Below are positions 1 through 4,822 of a stretch of DNA of 8,205 bases, piece by piece. Origin of the DNA: Candidatus Diapherotrites archaeon CG08_land_8_20_14_0_20_30_16 (lineage in GTDB: Archaea; Iainarchaeota; Iainarchaeia; Iainarchaeales; 0-14-0-20-30-16); the NCBI GenBank assembly GCA_002779075.1, contig PEXK01000004.1, forward strand, positions 1 through 8,205. Direction: 5' to 3'. Both the position numbers and the translations under genes were made by a program. Position 1 is the stretch's first letter. Each line of letters opens with the position of its first letter. The notes under the pieces were generated by a model. That model worked only from the letters and a program-made list of their open reading frames with translations. It was not told where the DNA came from and ran no database searches.

Positions 1-27
1 TAATGGTCTTGGCTTTTCAATAGGCAT
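1..27 (-). CDS. Possible 5' end of a leftward gene running off the window (only MPIEKPRPL visible)
   Basis: There is a minus-strand ATG at 27-25 and the frame stays open to the window edge. A GTGAT Shine-Dalgarno-like motif lies 3 nt upstream on the minus strand (plus 31-35), and the gene would be divergent from glyS. Only 9 codons are visible, so support is weak. Confidence 0.2.
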
Positions 28-144
28 AATATCACTTTTTAATCCTAAAAAGGAATTTTATAAATATGTTTAGTATAGATACCTCTAAAAATATATCAAT
101 ATATTTAATATATATTATTTCATAATATGTGTTTAACTTAAAAT

Positions 145-149
145 GGTGA
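145..149 (+). promoter_or_regulatory. Shine-Dalgarno-like GGTGA ahead of the glyS start
   Basis: GGTGA at 145-149 lies 4 nt upstream of the ATG at 154 and is complementary to the conserved CCUCC/UCACC 3' end of 16S rRNA. Confidence 0.45.
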
Positions 150-153
150 TTGT

Positions 154-1599
154 ATGTCTGAATTGATTAATTTGGCTTTGAGAAGAAATATATTTTATCC
201 TACTGCTAAAATATATTCTAATAGTCCTGCAGGATTTTTTGATTATGGCCCTATAGGATTGAAGATAAAAAACAATATAGTGGAGTTTTGGAGAAAAGAA
301 TTTGTTGAAGCAAATAATGGATTGGAAATTGATGGCTGCCAGATATTGCCAAAGGCAGTATTTGAAGCATCAGGACATGTTGCTAATTTCGCAGATTCTG
401 TTGTGAAATGCAAGAAATGTGGAGTGTTTTTTAAAGGTGACAAACTTCTGAGTGATTCAGGAATTGATACTAAAGAACAAATAAATCCAGAAGAAATTGA
501 TAAATTAATAAAAGATAAAAATATTGCCTGCCCAAAATGCAAATCCAAAAACTTTGAGCCTTCTTTTAAATTCAATATAATGTTTGGTGTCAATGTTGGA
601 ATCGATAATAAACAGCCAGCATTTTTAAGGGGAGAAGCATGCCAAACAATTTATCTGGATTTCCTGCGTATTTATAAAAATTCAAGACAATCTCTCCCTT
701 TAGTTATTGGGCAGATAGGTAAAGCATTTAGAAATGAAATTGCACCAAAAAATGCTTTAATAAGAACACGAGAATTTACACAAATGGATATTCAAGTTTT
801 CTTTAATCCAAAAAAACAAGAAAAATTTGATTATAATCCGGATGCAAAAATTCCTGTTCTTTTGATTAATGATAAAAAAGAACATCTAACCCCTTTAAAA
901 GAACTAATTAATAAAAAAATTGTAAAATCAAAAGTTGAAGCCTGCTATTTAGAAAAGTATTATAACTTCTTATTAAAGCTAGGGTACAAAGAAACTAGTT
1001 TGAGGTTCAAATATACTCCAGAAGATGAAAGACCATTCTATGCACAAGCTTGCTGGGATTGTGAGACATACGTTGATGATTTAGAATGGATAGAGATAAC
1101 AGGCATACATTCAAGAACAGATCACGATTTGTCAGTGCACCAGAAACATTCACAAACATCATTGGAAATTGTTGAAGATGGTGAAAAGTTTTTGCCCCAT
1201 GTGTTCGAAGTGTCAATTGGGACTGATAGGCTCCTGTATACATTACTCTCAGATTCATTAGAAACCCTCAATGAAAAAAATCTGTTAAAACTAAATGAAT
1301 CTATTATGCCTTATCATATGGGTATTTTTCCTTTAGTCAACAAAGACGATATTGATAAATTAAGCCTAAAACTTTTTGAAGACCTGCATAGAAAGTATAA
1401 GGTGATATATGATGATAAAGGAAGCATAGGTAAAAGGTATGCAAGAATTGATGAAATAGGAGTAAGATACGCTATTACTGTGGATTATCAAACTAAAGAA
1501 GACAACACAGTAACAATAAGGGATTCATGGACAACAAAACAAATCCGTTTGAACATCAAAGAACTGGCTGATTTCTTTAACAAGAAATTAGCACACTAG
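154..1599 (+). CDS. glyS: Glycine--tRNA ligase (class II, alpha2 archaeal/eukaryal-like type)
   Basis: The ORF is 481 aa. The N-terminus has AGFFDYGPIGLKIKNNI. A motif-2-like block reads FRNEIAPKNALIRTREFTQMD and a motif-3-like block reads GTDRLLYTLL. The C-terminus has an anticodon-binding-like block, GSIGKRYARIDEIGVRYAITVD...VTIRD. A CxxC...CxxC insertion is present (VKCKKCG...ACPKCKS). The stop is TAG at 1597-1599. Confidence 0.95.
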   Translation: MSELINLALRRNIFYPTAKIYSNSPAGFFDYGPIGLKIKNNIVEFWRKEFVEANNGLEIDGCQILPKAVFEASGHVANFADSVVKCKKCGVFFKGDKLLSDSGIDTKEQINPEEIDKLIKDKNIACPKCKSKNFEPSFKFNIMFGVNVGIDNKQPAFLRGEACQTIYLDFLRIYKNSRQSLPLVIGQIGKAFRNEIAPKNALIRTREFTQMDIQVFFNPKKQEKFDYNPDAKIPVLLINDKKEHLTPLKELINKKIVKSKVEACYLEKYYNFLLKLGYKETSLRFKYTPEDERPFYAQACWDCETYVDDLEWIEITGIHSRTDHDLSVHQKHSQTSLEIVEDGEKFLPHVFEVSIGTDRLLYTLLSDSLETLNEKNLLKLNESIMPYHMGIFPLVNKDDIDKLSLKLFEDLHRKYKVIYDDKGSIGKRYARIDEIGVRYAITVDYQTKEDNTVTIRDSWTTKQIRLNIKELADFFNKKLAH

Positions 1600-1640
1600 A
1601 CAGCAAAATTTTATATACTGCGAGGATGTAACACTAAACG
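1589..1640 (+). repeat. Copy A of a ~48-bp intergenic repeat family; overlaps the glyS stop codon
   Basis: Positions 1592-1639 align without gaps to 4719-4766 at 39/48 identity, including a perfect 16-mer CGAGGATGTAACACTA. Positions 1589-1625 align to the reverse complement of 4242-4278 at 31/37 identity. Internally it is flanked by 10-mers ACACTAGACA (1593-1602) and ACACTAAACG (1631-1640), 38 bp apart. Confidence 0.85.
1604..1617 (+). promoter_or_regulatory. BRE/TATA-like element (CAAAA-TTTTATATA) inside repeat copy A, reading rightward
   Basis: A purine-rich CAAAA sits directly upstream of TTTATATA and matches the archaeal BRE+TATA pattern. It predicts a start near 1640. No coding gene begins there, so it would drive a non-coding transcript or a long leader. 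Confidence 0.3.
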
Positions 1641-1838
1641 CACAGTTTTGTATAGTGCAAAGGTATAGTTAATTCTCTGAGTTAGTCAATGGGATTTGCA
1701 ACAGAAAGTTTGCTTTAAATGATTAAAAATGTTAATTGTAATTACTGGTTCCTTAAGTTTTCTTATTTTAATATTGGATTGAGTTAAGAAAATTAAATAA
1801 CATTTTTTTAAATAATGTAGGTTTGTAATACTATAAGG

Positions 1839-1863
1839 AAACTCTTATAATTAAAGAGTTTTT
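1839..1863 (+). terminator. Hairpin followed by a T5 run (terminator-like) in ORF-free DNA
   Basis: AAACTCTT (1839-1846) pairs perfectly with AAGAGTTT (1854-1861) around a 7-nt loop, and the stem runs into TTTTT (1859-1863). A T7 run also lies upstream at 1803-1809. Confidence 0.3.
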
Positions 1864-2072
1864 CCCTTCCGACTTAAGAGTACAGAAAGAGGAGCTAAAC
1901 TGTTGCAACAGGTCCCTGGCTCCCAAATATTTACTTCAATCCTCCTGTGTTGCAAATTCTTGTTTGCTACACTATATCTCCATTCTTTTTCTTTTTTTCT
2001 CTTAACCCAACAACATATAAAATTCAAATGTCTAGTGTTAGGCTTTTATTATTTTCTATTTATTCATATCTT

Positions 2073-3101
2073 ATGCCTAATGAACCACGTAAAATACCTT
2101 TTAGAGATAAACTAAAAAAATGGGTTGAAATTCAAGGAAATCGTCTACTGGCTCATTCAGAATGTTTAGGAGCAGAAGATATTTCCAGAATTTTAAATCT
2201 AGTAAAAAGATTCGAAGATCCTGAAGTCAAAATAAAATTGTTTATAACATTAATTGAAAAACTAGAGAAATTTGAAGAAGTCAGCGAATATGTTAGCAGC
2301 TTAGGCAAATTGAAAGAGACTGTTGATTATTTAAAAGGAAATAGAATAATTAGTAGCTATCAATATATTTTATTTCTATGCGATATCGCTAGATTAGAAC
2401 ATAGAGTTACTTTACTGCAAGATTCAAAAGAAACATTAAACAAAGCAATAACAGCAGTAAAAGAATTCAAATTACCTGCAACAAGCGAAGCAATAAGAAA
2501 CTCTATTACTGACACACTTAATCTGAAAGTTTTAGAGCTATGTATTAAACTAGAATTAATTGATTCATCAGTAATTTTTTTATTTCGATTAATTGGAGAA
2601 AATAACACTGATCAAAAAATAATTGGATTGCAATTAGATAAATTAATGAATCATTTTAACGAAAGTATAAAACATTTAAAACCTCAAGATAAATTAAGTT
2701 GTCTAATGAAGCTTTATTCCTTTTTTGATAAAAACCTCGAAATGTTCCCAATTTACAAAGAACCTTTTGTATTACAAGTTGTAAATCTTATTTCAAGAAT
2801 TGATATAAATATTGCAGAGAGATTATTAGAAAGATGCAAAGTAAGTATTAAAAACTATTATGAAGCAAATGATAGCTTTGGAGTGGCTTATATTTCATTT
2901 ATGATAGCAAGAACAGAATTTTCTATGTTAGCTCATTTGGACCCCAAAAAACAAACAGAATATGTCAAAGATTTGAGAGCAAATCTTGCAAGAGCAAAAA
3001 GACAATTTACTGAAAGAAATATGAGAGATAACAGATTCGTTGATTTATCCAAAAATATAGAAAGATTTGGAAAGAAATTAGAAGTATTAAATAGTAACTA
3101 A
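2073..3101 (+). CDS. Hypothetical protein, predicted all-alpha / helical-repeat-like, no recognisable motif
   Basis: The long ORF is open from 1947. I prefer the ATG at 2073 (MPNEPRKIPF...) because a TATA-like TTTTATTA (2044-2051) is centred about -26, as for neighbouring genes. ATGs at 1947 and 2028 lack this and would add a low-complexity hydrophobic N-terminus. The stop is TAA at 3099-3101. No Walker, HUH or other catalytic signature was seen. Confidence 0.75.
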   Translation: MPNEPRKIPFRDKLKKWVEIQGNRLLAHSECLGAEDISRILNLVKRFEDPEVKIKLFITLIEKLEKFEEVSEYVSSLGKLKETVDYLKGNRIISSYQYILFLCDIARLEHRVTLLQDSKETLNKAITAVKEFKLPATSEAIRNSITDTLNLKVLELCIKLELIDSSVIFLFRLIGENNTDQKIIGLQLDKLMNHFNESIKHLKPQDKLSCLMKLYSFFDKNLEMFPIYKEPFVLQVVNLISRIDINIAERLLERCKVSIKNYYEANDSFGVAYISFMIARTEFSMLAHLDPKKQTEYVKDLRANLARAKRQFTERNMRDNRFVDLSKNIERFGKKLEVLNSN

Positions 3102-3107
3102 TCATAA

Positions 3108-3953
3108 TTATAATTTGTCTAAAGGGTTTTTTACTTTCTTTAGGTCTTCTGTGCTTATTTTAGTATATATCTGTGTTGTTGCAATACTAGCGTGTCCTAA
3201 TAAGGTCTGAATTGTTCTTAGGTTTTCACCTTGTTCTAACAGGTGTGTTGCCATCGTATGCCTAAGGCTGTGAGGGCTAATATGTTTTTTTATGCCTGCA
3301 AGCTTTGCAGATTCCTTTACAATCCTTTGAATTGTATCTGAACTAAATGGCTTGCCATTTAACTTGGCAAATACATATTCACTATTGTGTTTCTTGTTAT
3401 ATTTTTCTTTATATTTCTCATATTGGGCTAACCAATTCTTTGAAAGAATAACAATTCTATCTTTGTTTCCTTTGCCGCTTACCACTTTAGCAGTCTCTTC
3501 TGTGACGTTTAAAGAATCTGTTTTTAGACTACATAATTCTGACACCCTCAAACCAGATGAATAAAGAAGCTCCAATATTAATCTGTCTCTTGTGTCTTTG
3601 GTAACATCAAAAAGTGTTTTGACCTCCTCCTTAGTCAAAACATTGGGCAAATATTTCTCCTTTTTGGGCGATTTTAAATCATCAAGTATGTGGCTTTTCA
3701 GATAATCTTCATATAAGAATTTTAATACGAAGTAAATCAAAGACAAAGATGTGTTTTTCAGTGTTTGCTTCTTTTGGGCTAGATATTGAACCAAAAAGTC
3801 GTGAGTCTGCTGATTATCTAATTTCCAGCTTACAGAATTTCTGCTTGCATTGAGAATATAGTCTCTGATGTAAATCAAATATTGATCAATTGTTCTCTGA
3901 GTGTATCCTCTTATAATCAATTCATTTTTTATTTTTTGCAAATCCTCAAGCAT
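3108..3953 (-). CDS. xerA: Tyrosine site-specific recombinase, XerA/XerC/XerD-like
   Basis: The protein is 281 aa and the full catalytic signature is visible. It shows R in SSGLRVSEL, K in GKGNKDR, H-x-x-R in HSLRHT, H in LLGHAS and the nucleophile Y in TTQIYT. The N-terminal ~100 aa looks like a SAM-like core-binding domain. The size is typical of Xer rather than large phage integrases. Confidence 0.9.
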   Translation of the reverse strand: MLEDLQKIKNELIIRGYTQRTIDQYLIYIRDYILNASRNSVSWKLDNQQTHDFLVQYLAQKKQTLKNTSLSLIYFVLKFLYEDYLKSHILDDLKSPKKEKYLPNVLTKEEVKTLFDVTKDTRDRLILELLYSSGLRVSELCSLKTDSLNVTEETAKVVSGKGNKDRIVILSKNWLAQYEKYKEKYNKKHNSEYVFAKLNGKPFSSDTIQRIVKESAKLAGIKKHISPHSLRHTMATHLLEQGENLRTIQTLLGHASIATTQIYTKISTEDLKKVKNPLDKL

Positions 3954-3974
3954 ATTATAGAAATCCTACACAAG

Positions 3975-3982
3975 TTTAAATT
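3975..3982 (-). promoter_or_regulatory. TATA-like box for the recombinase gene (leaderless geometry)
   Basis: The minus strand reads AATTTAAA at -29 to -22 relative to the ATG at 3953. Confidence 0.35.
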
Positions 3983-4006
3983 CCTTTTGATTACTTCTTA
4001 GGTCTA

Positions 4007-4028
4007 CATAAACCAACCATAAACCACC
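4007..4028. repeat. Tandem 11-bp direct repeat, two units (CATAAACCAAC / CATAAACCACC)
   Basis: Read directly from the sequence, 10/11 identical, with a period of one helical turn. It lies 54-75 nt upstream of the recombinase ATG. Confidence 0.8.
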
Positions 4029-4050
4029 CTTAGAACTATAGTTCTTAGGG
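4027..4050. promoter_or_regulatory. 24-bp imperfect palindrome CCCTTAGAAC-TATA-GTTCTTAGGG (candidate protein-binding site)
   Basis: Nine of 10 arm positions are complementary around a palindromic centre. It abuts the 11-bp tandem repeat, and the related motif TCTTAG recurs at 3996, 4043 and 4056. Confidence 0.5.
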
Positions 4051-4115
4051 ATTTGTCTTAGAATGAGCCAATAATTTAACTATAGGCAAAAAACCCGGAA
4101 ATTTCCTTCGTAATC

Positions 4116-4143
4116 TTACGGCATAATCCATATTATGCCGTAA
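4116..4143. other. dif-like Xer recombination site candidate: TTACGGCATAA-TCCATA-TTATGCCGTAA
   Basis: Two perfectly inverted 11-bp arms flank a 6-bp non-palindromic centre, totalling 28 bp. The inner 18 bp match E. coli dif (GGTGCGCATAA-TGTATA-TTATGTTAAAT) at 15/18 positions, including ATAA-N6-TTAT. It lies 163 nt upstream of the Xer-like gene. Confidence 0.55.
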
Positions 4144-4211
4144 ATAACCTTTCCTGCCAGAATTTAAGCCTTAAAGAAGAACATTATGTAGATAGTAAGC
4201 AGAGAATAAGT

Positions 4212-4233
4212 AAAAAAATGAAAAATGAAAAAA
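4212..4233 (-). terminator. Oligo-T termination tract downstream of the 123-aa gene
   Basis: The minus strand reads T6, T5 and T7 runs (plus-strand A runs at 4228-4233, 4221-4225 and 4212-4218), 43-66 nt after the TAG stop at 4278-4276. Archaeal RNA polymerase terminates at oligo-T. Confidence 0.5.
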
Positions 4234-4241
4234 GAATAAAC

Positions 4242-4278
4242 CCTCGCAGTATACAAAGATTTTCTGTCTAATGGGCTA
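4242..4278 (-). repeat. Copy C (partial, inverted) of the repeat family; overlaps the stop codon of the 123-aa gene
   Basis: The reverse complement TAGCCCATTAGACAGAAAATCTTTGTATACTGCGAGG matches 1589-1625 at 31/37 positions, including exact TAGACAG and TATACTGCGAGG. It lacks the right half (ATGTAACACTA) of copies A and B. Confidence 0.75.
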
Positions 4279-4647
4279 TTTTTCGACTTTTATAGATAAT
4301 TCTTTTTTATATTCTTTATCTATGTAATCGTAATCATTGTAGTGTTCGTATACCAAAAGGCGACCAGGATAATCTCTAGGGACTGATTGAGTCTTAGTGT
4401 AAATGTCCAAGTACAACAATTTTGTCTCTTTAGGCTCTATTAAACCAATCTTTTTCTCTAAAACGTTTGCTAAACCAGTTCTTTCAACACTTAGATCTCT
4501 ACTAACCATGAATTTCAATGAAACTTTCTTTGCTTCTTCAGAATTATTTGTTATCTCAGTTCTCAAAGAAATTGGCTTTCTTGAATTAATGGATAACCTA
4601 AAAGGTACTAAAACAGTTTTAATAACCAACATTAAACCACCTTGCAT
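4276..4647 (-). CDS. Hypothetical small protein, beta-rich (Ig/CARDB-like pattern), no recognisable motif
   Basis: The ORF is 123 aa. A TATA-like TTATATTA lies at -24 to -31 (plus 4671-4678). Alternating hydrophobic/polar strand-like segments are visible (ISLRTEITNNSEEAKKVSLKFMV). An alternative start exists at M6 (4632). Confidence 0.7.
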   Translation of the reverse strand: MQGGLMLVIKTVLVPFRLSINSRKPISLRTEITNNSEEAKKVSLKFMVSRDLSVERTGLANVLEKKIGLIEPKETKLLYLDIYTKTQSVPRDYPGRLLVYEHYNDYDYIDKEYKKELSIKVEK

Positions 4648-4718
4648 TATGTATATACTATAATATCTAATAATATAATACTAATAACAAATACATTGCC
4701 AAACATTTTTAAGCTTAT

Positions 4719-4767
4719 CACACTAAACATACTTATTTTATATGCTACGAGGATGTAACACTAGACA
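4719..4767 (+). repeat. Copy B of the ~48-bp repeat family, in the divergent spacer upstream of dtdA
   Basis: It matches copy A at 39/48 positions and shares the 16-mer at 4748-4763. The flanking 10-mers are ACACTAAACA (4720-4729) and ACACTAGACA (4758-4767). A local inverted repeat TATATGCTA / TAGACATATA (4739-4747 / 4762-4771) is also present. Confidence 0.85.
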
Positions 4768-4793
4768 TATATAGAATATTACTAAATACTATT

Positions 4794-4801
4794 ATTTATA
4801 T
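4794..4801 (+). promoter_or_regulatory. TATA-like box for dtdA (leaderless geometry)
   Basis: ATTTATAT lies at -29 to -22 relative to the ATG at 4823. Confidence 0.4.
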
Positions 4802-4822
4802 CTAAATAATTATATTAGATGT

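Larger units (their letters stand above)
1592..4766. mobile_element. Candidate integrated or cassette-like element bounded by 48-bp direct repeats and carrying a Xer-like tyrosine recombinase
   Basis: Direct repeats A and B sit at a constant 3127-bp offset. The window's only recombinase gene and a dif-like site lie inside. Housekeeping translation genes flank it on both sides. There is no independent proof of mobility. Confidence 0.35.

Noticed and set aside
23-30. Extra dif half-site-like words: GGCATAAT at 23-30, ATTATGCC at 1303-1310, TTATGCCTAA at 2071-2080
   Set aside because: Each is only a half-site with no partner arm at the 6-bp spacing. All three are simply ATG-CCT (Met-Pro) codon contexts, so coincidence with coding sequence is the simpler explanation.
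409-543. CxxC...CxxC zinc-ribbon-like insertion in GlyRS as a possible novel domain
   Set aside because: As far as I recall, an equivalent Cys-pair insertion between motifs 1 and 2 is normal for alpha2-type GlyRS (DP..C..C...R.D.L...CP.C pattern). It is not unusual.
243-593. Antisense or overlapping ORFs from the six-frame track (243-593-, 1007-1258-, 2360-2608-, 3352-3564+, 4403-4663+, 6700-6945-, 7722-7922+)
   Set aside because: All lie fully inside much longer, motif-supported or better-supported genes on the opposite strand. They have low-complexity F/L/I/S-rich translations typical of shadow ORFs in AT-rich DNA.
1862-1872. Shared 11-mer TTCCCTTCCGA at 1862-1872 and 5735-5745, both next to T-runs
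   Set aside because: The match is only 11 nt with no extension. Dozens of 11-mer coincidences are expected in 8 kb of biased DNA, so I cannot separate it from chance without genome-wide counts.
1903-2115. 70-aa ORF, and the 1947 and 2028 upstream starts of the long ORF
   Set aside because: The translation is a polypyrimidine-driven low-complexity string (FFFFFS...). No TATA-like box lies at the leaderless distance for these starts, whereas the ATG at 2073 has one. I treated this region as non-coding.
4212-4233. Apparent 7-nt tandem repeat (AAAAATG AAAAATG AAAAAAG)
   Set aside because: It is better explained as consecutive oligo-T termination tracts on the minus strand downstream of the 123-aa gene than as a functional microsatellite.
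4739-4771. Hairpin TATATGCTA / TAGACATATA enclosing the repeat core in copy B, as a conserved RNA structure
   Set aside because: The equivalent positions in copy A do not pair (A.C and C.A mismatches exactly at the A/G differences). The structure is therefore not conserved between copies.
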